From Epiperipatus broadwayi (lineage: Eukaryota > Animalia > Onychophora): a DNA stretch of 64,000 bases. Positions 14,783 to 27,379 of the stretch are shown here, one piece after another. The translations under genes were made by a program, and so were the position numbers. The DNA lies in assembly GCA_028023455.1 (NCBI GenBank), contig JAQFVV010000005.1, positions 17,360,001-17,424,000 on the forward strand, read 5' to 3'. The notes beneath the pieces were generated by a model. That model was not told where the DNA came from and ran no database searches. It saw only the letters and a program-made list of their open reading frames with translations. Positions within the stretch are counted from its first letter, which is position 1; every line of letters starts with the position of its first letter.

Positions 14783-14860
14783 CTGTGTTGTTTGCTGCAA
14801 ACGACTTGGAGTTGGGGCTCTATCAGCAGGTTGAGTATCATGTTGATTCCAGTAAGATGG
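14783..14860 (-). CDS. Host-gene exon, repeat-type (PSYWNQHDTQPADRAPTPSRLQQTTQ), 78 nt, phase 0/0
   Basis: Acceptor tttttttttattttag, donor CAG|gtagat; homologous to the neighbouring exon 133 bp away. Confidence 0.75.
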
Positions 14861-14993
14861 CTAAAATAAAAAAAAACCCTGCATCACAACTGATAGTAGT
14901 AAATATAAAATAATGTGTTAATACTAAAAAGCATTTATAGTAATGAATAAAACTAGAAGCTAGAAATATTAAATTATTACGAGTTTTTATTAC

Positions 14994-15071
14994 CTGTGTA
15001 ATTAGATGCAACCTGTTTGAGACAGGTGCAGATTCGGTTTGTTGCCCACTTAGCTGATTCCAATATGGAGG
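14994..15071 (-). CDS. Host-gene exon, repeat-type (PPYWNQLSGQQTESAPVSNRLHLITQ), 78 nt, phase 0/0
   Basis: Acceptor ctctcctatcatag, donor CAG|gtaata; same length, phase and motif as 14783-14860. Confidence 0.75.
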
Positions 15072-18000
15072 CTATGATAGGAGAGTTTTTGCACATATAA
15101 TTTCAATTTATATAAAATATATACATAATACTATGTCATATTCAGTAGTGGGGATATTTTTGAAAGAGACGTGATTAGATGTAAAGAACAGAGACCTGTA
15201 TCTCTCCCAGAATAGCCTTACCTTAAATATATATTATTCTAATATGATGCATTTCTATCATATAGTATATGAGCATGATGTCAGCAGTATAATTTGTCAT
15301 TCAGACAATACAATAGGTTTTTAATTGTCCTGACTTAGATATATAATAACTAAATTAAAAATATATTATTAACTTGCTAAACACCAGATCATAAATAGTA
15401 ATTGCAATTTTAGATACATTAACATTAAGATATCTAAGCATGGCCAAAAATTAGTTTTAGTTAACAATATCAGGGTTTGCATTCCACTTTGCTTCTAATA
15501 ACTATGATCAACTTTCGATTTAAAGCAAATCAATTTTCAAAATTTTAAATAAAGTGTGCTAATCCAAGAGCTTTGTGATATGATTTATGCATCTATATAG
15601 TATATCTTACAATTGGAGGTTCAAATGAAAAATTTTCAAGATGCTAAGGATTTTTAGCAAGTTGATGATTTTTTTTGTGGGAGCTAGCCCATAAACAACC
15701 CAGCTAACTCTCCAATTAATGATTAATAAATGATCATCTAGTATTCATTGGCCAAAGAATGAAACATAGAAAATAAACTCAATTACCTACAGGTAGGTGA
15801 CTAGTCTAATGAATAGTGTTTTCTCATTTGTTATTTTTCTAGGAAGGGAAAAAGCTAAATATGCCTTTGTACTAAAGTGGATTATTTAAGGGTGCTTTAT
15901 TTTTTAAATTATTCTAAATCATATCCAAACATCAACAAAAAAAAAACAGTAACAAACATCAAATGACTATATAAGTTATCAGAAGCAATTCTCTCAACTG
16001 TATTTGTGAGCCATTTATAATAAGATGGAGAAATCAATAGATCCTATATAGTGGGACATTTACATCAATTTTAAATTAAAACAATGATATATTTTGGATA
16101 ATAAATGCATCTGTTAATAGAACAAAACAATTACTTTTTTAAAAATTTTTAAATACTTATTAAATTTCCAAGACTTTTTCTTGTTTGTTTTAATTTTTTG
16201 TTCTAATTGACTATTACCAATTTTGAGTAATAGAATGATGTCAAAAATAATGAATTTCTTTTTGTTTAAATTAAAAATATTGTTAATATAAAAATAATTG
16301 TATGCTTTCAGAAAGACATGTGACATTTGATTACTTGCTATACTTTTCATTTATCATCTTAAAGATTACCATATTTCAGTTTTTTTTTTAAAAAAATATA
16401 ATATAAAAAAAAACCTGCATTTAATCTTATAAAATTGAATATGCCAACATTAAATTATATTACCAAATATTAGCTATAACTATTTTATAGTATATACCAC
16501 TTTGGAGCAACATTTTATTTAAAAACAGAATGTTTTAAATGTGGAATTAGTTAGCAACAGCTAATATTTATTTTTATATTTAAAATTGTCATATTAAATT
16601 TTATAAGGTTAAATTCAGATTTTTGTATTTATTACATATAAATTACATTTCATATATTAGACTTACATTTTACATTCTAAGCAAAAAAAAATTTCTTACA
16701 AGAATTATTGTTGAGGACAAATTATAGCATAAAAATTTGTCAGTATATTTTGGATTAAAAAACAAAATTTTGGCTTTCACGAGCCTACAAATGTTTTTAA
16801 ATTAAAGCTTTCTTAAGACAGATAGAGGTCTCTGCTGTTCGAAGTTTCATTGATGATGAGCTAAGTTATAAAATTTACATAATCATAACCCTTTTAACTG
16901 TGCATCTGAAAGACTAGCTTATAAAGTGATGAATGCCTCAATAATAAACATAAAAATTATTTACAAAAAATTAGTTTGATTTTAAATAATGGTTATTTCT
17001 TGTTAAAGCTAAATCAAGGGTGTAAGTCTGTATTTGTCGCCTAGGCAACTAAAATTAATTTAAAGTCATAACTATAGTTTATATCAGTGATCAGCAACTT
17101 AGGGCATGCTTGCCAAGCATGGCACACAAAACGATTATCAATGGGAGTCTGATTGGATTGAAATAGCAAAAAATTATATTTTAATCACAGCCACTATGTG
17201 ACTCACATATAAATGAAAACCATGATTTAGTTTAATTTACTAATTATTTTGTACAATAAACATTCATTCAATCTTTGTTATTTTCAATAAAGGCAAGAGC
17301 AAAGTGGGATGGGAAATATATTTTTCGCTCCAGGAAGGATTAATTTTGTCTGGATTTTTTTTTTTTGGCAGTCAATTGAATTTGACATTTTTATATGCTA
17401 CTGCATGTTTAGAGTAAATTTATATTCAGGCAGAATATTATATTAATTCATTTGAAAAACTTTTATTCCTAATTATATAATAATACACTTTAATTTTATT
17501 ATGTTTATTTAAAAAAAAAAGTTTATAGTTAGTGATAGTTGGGTTAATACAGGAATAAAGTCAGCAAACACAGGAGACTTGATAATATCAAAGAAGTTAA
17601 AAATTACCCCCCCCCCCTTTAAATGTCTATTGTGTAATTAACACAAGTTTCTCATAGAGAAAAATGCCAAATGTCCATAGTTTTAATTTTGAGTTGATTT
17701 TTTTATAACACAAAAAGAGGTTCTTTGAAACAAAGGCTAGAAAAATACTTGTTTTATTAAACCATTGAAAGTTAAAGGTGTTTTGCCTATTCTGAATTAC
17801 TATACATTATCAGCAATTTTGTAAACAATACACATTTTTTTAAGTATCAACAGGATGAATTTTGTCCATGCCAAAGGAAATTTTAAGCAGGTTATTCGAA
17901 TGCAATGTAATTTAACAAAACATACTTTTCACATATGATCCTATGTATTTTAAAATATTTAATAACCAATACTACAAAAGCCAGTTACAATGGTCTTCAA

Positions 18001-18800
18001 AAGTAAATAATATATAATTTTGAAGCCCATTATAGCTGGATCAATTTTTAAGCTATATATAATAAGATTGATAGAATCCTATCAGCATGCGGAATAACAT
18101 AGATTCAGCATGACACTACTAAAAGGTTGCTGACCTCTGGTTTATATCAATCTTCCAAACAAAGTTTAAAAACTTTAACCAGTCTATAGAATTATTTATA
18201 TTTCTGTAAAGAAAAATGTTGTCAAATAATTTTTAAATGCATTACTATGCTACTTTTAAACGTTTAAACCAGACATGACCAACATTTTATTGAGCAATAG
18301 GGCCTCGTGTGATATTACTTATACATGAGGCAAAATATATAATTAAGTGAAATATTACTTTTGTCTTATTTTTACATATTTATAATGTATAAATTTTATT
18401 TTTAGATTTTATTTTAATAATCTGTATTCTCAAACTTTAACACAAAAATAAACATCACAGAAAGACACTGAATGTCAAAATTATATTTATTTATACAAAT
18501 ACATATAGTTATGTATATTAACATTAAGTGTGCCATGCTCACAGGCAGTTAAGTTTTCCATGCCTGATTTAGACTATGATATAATAGAAAATATTCTACG
18601 CATATGTAATAAAAAAAATTAATCACATGATTGACATATTTAATTCTTATAAACAGATTATTGATAAATATATGCCCTAGATAGTCAATCTTAATTAAAA
18701 ATTAATTATAAATTTCTGTTGCATAAATTTTAAATTTACATCAATTTAAATAAAAGTTGACAAAAGACAACCATTTTCCAAGTTATTACTTTTTATATAT

Positions 18801-21031
18801 TGAACCAGATTGATGTCCGATTCAAGAGTTTTATTGCCCAAAATTAAAAACTTAATTTTGTTAAATCTTATCTAACGTTAGAATTTTTTTTTTATCATTT
18901 AAAAAGAGTACGTGTCTTAAAACACCTACTCGTTTATATTTAAAATAGATCGTTTTAATTTTTATAAAAATTGTTTTAAAATAGTTTTCTTATACAGCTT
19001 GTTTTTACTTTTTTTTTTTTTCAATTTGATTAAAAAACAAGCTGGCTAGCTAATTACATTCCTGTTGCTTTTATATTAATCATTTTAAAGTTCATTCTAA
19101 AAGCGGAGATTTAAATGTGTTCTTTTTTTTTTTATAATCCCTGGGTAGAATTCTTAGATTAGATTGAGCTGGAGATTAACATTTGCCCTGCCTAAGGCGT
19201 AGAATTCAACAAGGCTAGTTTTCGCAGGAAATGGAGCATGGTATAAATTGCCCCGGAAATTTGGAGAGAGGAGTACTTATTCTTAATTAGACAAGCTGTT
19301 TTTCAAGTGAAAGTTCGTATTCTTTTACACACTTTGATTGCAGCCTGTTGTGATCCAGAGTTTTGATAGCAGTTCGGACATTTAATTCCTGCTAAAAACT
19401 TACAATTATTAACAGACTTCGTTGCTGTACAAGATGTCAAAATCTACCGCTCTGGGTTTTGCCATTATCAGGATGTCTTGCTAACTTAACTCAAAAGACG
19501 GACCCACACCAGCCAGCTCTCCTTCGATCCTGCTATGAACACCTAAAATAAACAAGACCCCATTGCCTCTACCTTGCCACTGCCAAAGGACCTGAAAATG
19601 GACTAAAATAAATGTGCGCACTCTACGTGAACTGTGCTTTATCGTAAGGTACAATTTTCTTTTATTCTTCCCAGGGTAAATTTCTTCTCATTAAATCTCC
19701 GTTCAATCTAATTATAAATCTATATTCCTAAGCAATATTTAGCTTCATATTTAATATTTGTTGTGTCTACCTGTATTTTGTAGTGTGTCTTGGAATCTTA
19801 GTTTTAAGATTCCAAGTTTGCTTTCAATTTTTGTTTATTGGAGAGTGACGAGTGAGTTTTTATATTTTTATGCCTAACTTTTAATAAATGCTTTAGCAGT
19901 CATGTGTATTTTAAATGCTTACCTGTAATTATTTTGGTAGCCCATAATTAATTTTAAATGTGTTTGCGCTTTTGCAAACCACCAAAATCTTTTGGCTGGT
20001 GACTTGATTTTCCTAGTCTTCCACAGGTGGAAATTTAGTTTCTTCATTTCTTGTGTCCCCGAAAGCGGAAACTAGAATTGTTTTTGCTTTGTAATTTTAT
20101 AAGTCACCAGCAGGAAGATAATATTTATTCCTTTGTAAATTGCAGGTGAGAGACTTTCGTGCTGCTAAGGTATTTAAAGCTTTAATATTTTTGTACTCAT
20201 GTGCACTCTCCGATAGAATTATTTTGTATTTACGTGTAACTTTAAATTTATCAGAGCATGTACTCAGGACGTTTCATAAATTTATTTCTTAATTATCATT
20301 ATTTGTAATTCATTTTCTTTAATTGCTGGGGCAGACGTAACTGTTTTTCTAATGATTTACTTGTCTCCTATTGAGACCTTTAATTATGATTCTTAGAATA
20401 ATTTTTGCCAATCGTTTGGTTGGGATTCCCAGTTTTAATTGTTTTCCTTTCATTTTCAATCATATTTTTCGGTTGTTCTTGAGGTAAATCAATCACCTTT
20501 ATTTTAAACGTAATAATAGGTGCAGCTTCTACCGACATATGACATTCGTGGTCAGACACATTTCTTGGGCCTTTGAAAGCTCGCTGGCGTTGGTTTTCGT
20601 TGATTTATTTCAAGAACGTTTTGTTTAAATATCTGAAAGTGAAAACCAATGTTTGGGTGAATCCTCTGCTGAATGAAATTGCTTCCTGCCTTTATAATTC
20701 GTTATTAGAAAATCAGTAAGTCTGCCAGAGCATTGCATTTAGTCTTTCTGGTACATGCCTGAGCTAATCCTATTTGTTAACTTAGAAACTTTTCTTATAA
20801 ATCTTCTCTTAATAAAATTTTTAAATGTGTTTAAACTTAATTTGGCTGACATTTGTCTTGGTGCTTTTGTGTGTCAATTGTCTAAACAATTTTAAGATCT
20901 CTTGTTTCTCCCTGAGTTTAGTCGGTGCAAACCATCATCATCATCCATTCTGATAGCAGTAAATAAATTTTCCAGATACATAGTGATCTGGTGGCGCCCT
21001 CTGTATCAGAATGGATTGAGTGTCCAGTATA
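18801..21031 (+). repeat. 5' LTR (2231 bp)
   Basis: Co-linear with 22559-24786 throughout, scattered substitutions and small indels (roughly 90-95% by eye, not computed); TATAAA near 19243; AATAAA motifs near 19546 and 19606. Confidence 0.9.
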
Positions 21032-21042
21032 TAGGATATTTT

Positions 21043-21068
21043 TAGTGCAGCCAACGTAGGGCTTCGAG
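21043..21068 (+). promoter_or_regulatory. Primer-binding site, tRNA-Lys(CUU)-like
   Basis: tagtgcagccaacgtagggcttcgag versus the complement of the eukaryotic tRNA-Lys(CUU) 3' end TGGCGCCCAACGTGGGGCTCGAA; 11 nt from the LTR end, further than usual. Confidence 0.6.
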
Positions 21069-21215
21069 TTTTCAAGCCCATGTGAGATTTTGTTTAGACA
21101 ATTGAGAAAGATTTGAGGTGTAAGAGGCAAGATTTAGTAGGTGGGGGTCAGTGTTGTTAATTATCACAGGTATTGTTGGAGCAGTTTGTGTAGAAAGGGG
21201 TTCGTTTTTTTTACA

Positions 21216-21428
21216 TGAAATAATTTAGAAACAGTAAAAAGCGTATTTTCTAAAAAGTCTGTCGGAGTTAATTTTTTTTGAAGGGTTAAATATAGTTCGT
21301 CTTTTTATATGAAGTAATTTAGATACAGTAAAAAAGCGTATTTTCTAAAAAGTCTGTCGGAGTTAAATTTTTTTGAAGAGTTAAATATAGTTCGTCTTTG
21401 TTATGAAATAATTTATAGAAAACAGTAA
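21216..21428 (+). repeat. ~95-bp tandem repeat (about 2.3 copies) in the leader of the LTR element
   Basis: Anchor gcgtattttctaaaaagtctgtcggagtta at 21241 and 21336. Confidence 0.9.
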
Positions 21429-21637
21429 ATAGAGTTTTATTTGCTTTTAGATTTTTGGGTTTTTTTTTTTTTTAAGAAGTTAGTAAGTATAGTGACTTTA
21501 GTCTTGTGTGAAATTGGGAGTAGTTGAAAAAAAAAAGTCAGAGGTCAGGTTGATGATGAAGAAGATGATGATAGAAATGAATGAAGAACTTAGTGAAATC
21601 AAGCAGGACCAGTGACAAATGATTAGAAAAATGAGAG

Positions 21638-22252
21638 ATGAGGGGTGAAATAACAGGAAGAGTAGAAGAAACTCAGGAAGTAGAAAAAGAAGTTGAGATG
21701 AAAAAGGATATGAAAAATGAATTGAGTAAAGAGAGTCAGGAAGTAGAAAAAGTAGACGTTATAAAAGATATAGAAATTAAGGTAGCACAGGATAGGGTTA
21801 GGACAGAGAAGGTGGAAATAAAGTTAGAAATAAGCACAGATGGGGTACAGATAGAAAGTATGATGGAAAATCTAGTAAATGTAGATAAAGAAATAAAAGC
21901 AAGTTATAAAGTAAAGACAGAAAATCAGGTAAAAGAGACTTCGCGTGAAACTAAAAATAAATTGGTTTTAATAACTGTTTGTTTTGAATATGAATTTGAA
22001 AAAAAGAAAAGAGTTAGAAAAAAGATTAAGAAATATGATTTTAAGGTTGAAATAGAAGCCATATATAGAAGGATCTTAGGTCAAACATTCAAAAAGTTCG
22101 TAGACGATAAATTTTTTCCGTATACTAATGCTGATAGTATGAGTAATAAAATGGGACACTTAGTAGAAATGTGTTGTGCTCAGCAAAATGGTTTTCTGTT
22201 ATATGAGCTAGAAAATAGAACAGAACGAGAAAGAGAAAATTGTATAAGCTAA
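21638..22252 (+). CDS. 204-aa E/K/V-rich ORF of unknown function inside the LTR element (possibly a gag-position remnant)
   Basis: Only long ORF in the internal region, in sense orientation after the PBS; an upstream out-of-frame Met-rich coiled-coil-like stretch (MMKKMMIEMNEELSEIKQDQ*) suggests it is a piece of a longer frameshifted ORF; no CCHC or other recognisable motif. Confidence 0.45.
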   Translation: MRGEITGRVEETQEVEKEVEMKKDMKNELSKESQEVEKVDVIKDIEIKVAQDRVRTEKVEIKLEISTDGVQIESMMENLVNVDKEIKASYKVKTENQVKETSRETKNKLVLITVCFEYEFEKKKRVRKKIKKYDFKVEIEAIYRRILGQTFKKFVDDKFFPYTNADSMSNKMGHLVEMCCAQQNGFLLYELENRTERERENCIS

Positions 22253-22558
22253 GAAAATATAAGAGAGGGAAAGGAACTTATTTCAGTAAGTTAGTAAAAG
22301 GAGTAAAAGAACCGCCGGACAAAAGTCAAGGGTTCAGATTTTAGTAATCGGATGGATTGTTTTGAAAAAAAAAAAAGATTTTGTTAATGGAATATGAGAA
22401 TGGAGAAATGTTTAAAATGAAATATTATTTTGTTTTTCTGAGTGCAGGGCAAATGCTCAGCCAAATTTCTAAGAATAGTTTTAAAGTGTTTATAGTTTAA
22501 AAAAAAAAAAGTTACAGGAATGTTTTTTTTTTTTTTTTTGATCACGTATTGAGGCAGT

Positions 22559-24786
22559 TGAACTGGATTAATGTCCGATGCAAGAGTTTTATTGCCCAAA
22601 ATTAAAAACTTAATTTTGTTAAATCTTATCTAACATTAGAATCTTTTAATCATTTAAAAAGAGTATGTGTCTTAAAACATCTACTCGTTTATATTTAAAA
22701 TATATCGTTTTAATTTTTATAAAAATTGTTTTAAAATAGTTTTCTTATACAGCTTATTTTTACTTTTTTTTTTCAATTTGATTAAAAAACAAGCTGGCTA
22801 GCTAATTACATTCCTGTTGCTTTTATATTAATCATTTTAAAGTTCATTCTAAAAGCGGAGATTTAATTGTGTTTTTCTTTTTTTTATAAACCCTGGGTAA
22901 AATTCTTAGATTAGATTGAGCTGGAGATTAACATTTGCCCTGCCTAAGGCATAGAATTCAACAAGGCTAGTTTTTGCAGGAAATGGAGCATGGTATAAAT
23001 TGCCCTGGAAATTTGGAGAGAGGTACTTATTCTTAACTAGACAAGCTGTTTTTCAAGTGAAAGTTCGTATTCTTTTACACACTTTGATTGCAGCCTGTTG
23101 TGATCCAGAGCTTTGATAGCAGTTCGGACATTTAATTCCTGCTAAAAACTTACAATTATTAACAGGCTTCGTTGCTGTACAAGATGTCAAAATCTACCGC
23201 TCTGGGTTTTGCCATTATCAGGATGTCTTGCTAACTTAACTCAAAAGACGGACCCATGCCTGCCAGCTCTCCTTCGATCCTATGAACACCTAAAATAAAC
23301 AAGACCCCATTGCCTCTATGTTGCCACTGCCAAAGGATCTGAAAATGGACTAAAATAAACATGCACACTCTATGTGAACTGTGCTTTATCGTAAGGTACA
23401 ATTTTCTTTTATTCTTCCCAGGGTAAATTTCTTCTCATTAAATCTCCACCCAATCTAATTATAAATCTATATTCCTAAGCAATATTTAGCCTCATATTTA
23501 ATATTTGTTGTGTCTTCCTGTATTTTGTAGTGTGTCTTGGAATCTTAGTTTTAAGATTCCAAGTTTGCTTTCAATTTTTGTTTATTGGAGAGTGACGAGT
23601 GAGTTTTTATATTTTTATGCCTAACTTTTAATAAATGCTTTAGCAGTGGTGTATATTTTAAATGCTTACCTGTAATTATTTTAGTAGCCCATAATTAATT
23701 TTAAATACTGTGTTTGCGCTTTTTCAAACCACCAAAATCTTTTGGCTGGCGACTTGATTTTCCTAGTCTTCCGCAGGTGGAAATTTAGTTTCTTCATTTC
23801 TTGTGTCCCCGAAAGCGGAAACTAGAATTGTTTTTGCTTTGTAATTTTATAAGTCGCCAGCAGGAAGATAATATTTATTCCTTTGTAAATTGCAGGTGAG
23901 AAAGACTTTTGTGATGCTAAGGTATTTAAAGCTTTAATATTTTCATACTCTTGTGCACTCTCCGATAGAATTATTTTGTATTTACGTGTAGCTTTAAATT
24001 TATCAGAGCATGTACTCAGGACATGTTTCATAAATTTATTTCTTAATTATCATTATTTGTAATTCATTTTCTTTAATTGCTGGGGCAGATGTAACTATTT
24101 TTCTAATGATTTACTTGTCTCCTATTGAGACCTTTAATTATGATTCTTAGAGTAATTTTCGTCAATCGTTTGGTTGGGATTCGCCAGTTTTAATTGTTTT
24201 CCTTTCATTTTCAATCATATTTTTCGGTTGTTCTTGAGGCAAATCAATCACCTTTATTTTAAATGTAATAATAGGTGCAGCTTCTACCGACATATGATAT
24301 TTGTGGTCCGACACATTTCTCGGGCCTCGGAAAACTTGCCGGTGCTGGTTTTCGTTGATTTATTTCAAGAACATATTGTTTAATTATCTGAAAGTGAAAA
24401 CCAATGTTTGGGTGAATCCTCTGCTGAATGAAATTACTTCCTGCCTTTATAATTCGTTATTAGAAAATCAGTAAGTCTGCCAGAGCATTGCATTTAGTCT
24501 TTCTGGTACATGCCTGAGCTAATCCTATTTGTTAACTTAGAAACTTTTCTTATAAATCTTCTCTTAATAAAATTTTTAAATGTGTTTAAACTTAATTTGG
24601 CTGACATTTGTCTTGGTGCTTTTGTGCCTCAATTGGCTAAACAATTTTAAGATCTCTTGTTTCTCCCTGAGTTTAGGCGGCACAAACCATCATCATCATC
24701 CATTCTGATCACAGTAAATAAATTTTCTAGATATGTAGTGATCTAGTGGCGCCCTCTGTGTCAGAACGGATTGAGTGTCCGGTACA
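22559..24786 (+). repeat. 3' LTR (2228 bp)
   Basis: Ends TGTCCGGTACA followed by ATATAT; preceded by only a short purine run (gaggcag). Confidence 0.9.
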
Positions 24787-24801
24787 ATATATATAAATTA
24801 C

Positions 24802-25017
24802 TTCTTCCATTCAAGAAACTTTTCAAGATGTCTTCCATCTAGAGATATCAATTAATTAAACCATAGTATCTCTCTCTTATGACTATTTTTTTTAATGATA
24901 AAGATAATAAATAAATAAAATTAGAAAATATACTAAGGAGAGAGATATTATAGGTTATTTAATTAATAAGATCATCAGGTAGAAGATATCTTGAAAATTT
25001 TCCTGAATGGAAAGAAA
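24802..25017. mobile_element. MITE-like imperfect foldback, ~215 bp
   Basis: ttcttccattcaagaaacttttcaagatgtcttcc...tatctctctctta is inverted relative to taaggagagagata...agaagatatcttgaaaattttcctgaatggaaagaa. Confidence 0.6.
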
Positions 25018-25164
25018 ACTAGTTAGATATTGTAAATATATTAATTTTAAAAAATCTAGTTGTTTTTTTTTCTAGCAATTTTTACCTAAATTGGTTTAAA
25101 ATTTTTACAATAGTTATCAAATGGTTTGTTGCTCAGATAATATGATGTCTAAACATCAGAAGTG

Positions 25165-25245
25165 ACAGAGTCAAAATGCTATCCATGAATCTTTGATACA
25201 TGAATCTTTGATTCTCAAATTTGCCACTCTATCATTGCACTTAAC
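25165..25245 (-). repeat. Old tRNA-like SINE head (related heads near 3358 on +, 33180-33240 on - and 63225-63290 on -)
   Basis: Shared A-box-like string t(a)agtgcaatg(g/a)tagagtg followed by caa(a/g)g(a/g)ttca; too decayed to assign a tRNA. Confidence 0.35.
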
Positions 25246-26139
25246 AATACATATGCCTACGTAATTTACATAATTATGAAGGATTTAATATGCCAGAAAC
25301 ACTATCTATGGAGTGAAATATAAAGTTATATCAATATTATGCAGTTTTTATATAAGAAATTTAATATGTATATATTCATATAATTACTCTAAATAATCAG
25401 TATATATATATATGATATATGTAAAAATACTACCTATTGATTAAAATATAAAGTTATGTCAATATTATGCACATTTTATTACTAAATATTATTGATCACT
25501 TTTACAATTAACTAGGAAAAACTAAAATAATAATAGGTACATATGAGAATGGCTTAACCTCCTTTAAAGCTATGCTAAAACCCAAATCATGTCCTTCACA
25601 TTCAAGAGTAATCGTAGTTTATTTTATAGACATGAAAAATATTTTTATCACACAGTAAATATATAAATAGTTAAATGTAAAACAAAAAACCCAAAATTTA
25701 AATAACAAATTACTATCAATCTTAATTAGTTTTTATTTTAGTTAAAACATGAAAATACTTCACAAGAACCAAAATTACAGGACTTTTTCTGTATCAGAAT
25801 TCTTCTTTGCACATAAACCTAGCAGATTAAAATTTAAAGTCACAAAATTACACCTTAAAATTTAAGTACAGTAAACCCTATGAGAGAAGTGGAAAGAGTA
25901 AAGTTCTCAGCAATATATAAGATTTAATGCTGAAAAAATAAGCTAATAAGGTCATGTAATATGTGATCTTGTCATTAGCATTCTTCTTCCAAAAAGAATA
26001 ATTTATAACTGAGACCTATAAAATATCAAAATTACTGAATATAAGTCCATGTTAATAGTAAGCCAAGCAAATTAGTTTGGATTCAAAACTTTACGGTTCT
26101 AAAGCTTTCAAATTTCTAGTTTATATAGTATACTGAACA

Positions 26140-26490
26140 TTGCATGATCACCATTTTATGTTTACACTAACTGTTAAAACAGTAACAAACTCCTCATGCT
26201 GTAGTGCAATCCAGTGCAAGCCATAGTAATCAATGGATGCTGCAAGGTTTATGCATAAAATCCTTATCTAGTGCCTACTCATCCAATATCCCCAGACTAG
26301 TTTCTAGTCTGTGCCTTTCATCAGTGAAGATTGATCAGGGACACAATCTAAAAACTAGTCTAGGGATATTGGATAAGTAGTCACAAGAAAAGGATTTTAT
26401 GCATAAACCTTTTAGCATCCATTGATTACTATGATTAGCACTGGGTGACACTACTATATAGAAAGTTTACTATTGTTTTATACTGAACAT
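26140..26490. mobile_element. Head-to-head foldback copy of the hammerhead repeat family; degenerate hammerhead on the minus strand at 26281-26328
   Basis: Left arm is the reverse complement of the family 3' half, including ctgatgaaaggcacagactagaaaactagtctggggatattggat; right arm starts at aaaactagtctagggatattggat. Confidence 0.8.
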
Positions 26491-27379
26491 AAAGTAATTT
26501 CTGAAAGGATGCAATATATTATTGCTTTTTATCTAAATTAAAGTTTGTTAACAATGCAATTCGTGTCTACTGACTAAAGAAATATTTATAGAAATTACTG
26601 CACTATGAAGATAGAGATAACAATTACTAAAATATAATGCAGAATAACATACATTCATTTGATATCTTCTGCCTACTGATTTCAAAATGTGGAGTCTGGG
26701 AAATAAGTTATTACAATAATGCATAGTTATTGGTGATTGTGATTGAAATATACTCAATATATATTATAATGGAAAATTGCTAATGTCCCAAATCTTTTAT
26801 AACTAAAATGTTCTCTCCCCAAGTTGGGAGAGTAATTTACAAGCAGAGGAGTTAATATGGTTAATATTTTAACACATTAACCATACCAATGGTTAGACTC
26901 AGATTGTATATAAATTATACAACCCAAGGCCATCTTTCAAGACCATTGCAATCCTCCATACCCGCAAAAAGCAAATACTTCTCCTGTAGATACTCTTATT
27001 TATATTTAGGATAAATCATTAGGTGCCATCCAATCAAAGGCTAGAATATCAACAAAAGCAGGTTTTAAAATGCACTTGATTGTCCGACTAGCACAAAGAA
27101 TAAGAAACTGATACTCAAGCTATCAGAAAATGTATTTTAAACAAACATATATAACTGACACAATTTTGTTTTACTTAATATTGTATGGTGAGATATGGAG
27201 AGAATTAAGCCCAATTAACAACTATAACAATAATCAAAAATAAACTAAATTAAACTAATTATAATTATTTAGTATAGATCAGTCCATTTCTAAATAAGGG
27301 ATCAGAATTCAATTACTTTTAATTCAATAAAAATTTGTAAAGAGAATAAAATCTATCTAGACTTTAAATTATCATATAT

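Larger units (their letters stand above)
18801..24786 (+). mobile_element. Non-autonomous LTR retroelement with giant LTRs (LARD-like), intact boundaries
   Basis: Two ~2.23-kb direct repeats (18801-21031, 22559-24786); termini TGAAC(C/T)(A/G)GA...TCC(A/G)GTA(T/C)A are inverted; ATATAT on both flanks (18795-18800, 24787-24792); PBS-like motif after the 5' LTR; 1.5-kb internal region with no pol. Confidence 0.9.

Noticed and set aside
15787-15805. 19-nt minus-strand microexon candidate (TSHLPV)
   Set aside because: Its phase is incompatible with the next phase-0 exon; no supporting partner exon
18801-24786. Interpretation of the 2.2-kb repeat as a segmental duplication or assembly error
   Set aside because: Inverted TG..CA-type termini, TSD, PBS and dispersed substitutions favour true LTRs, though read-level confirmation is still needed
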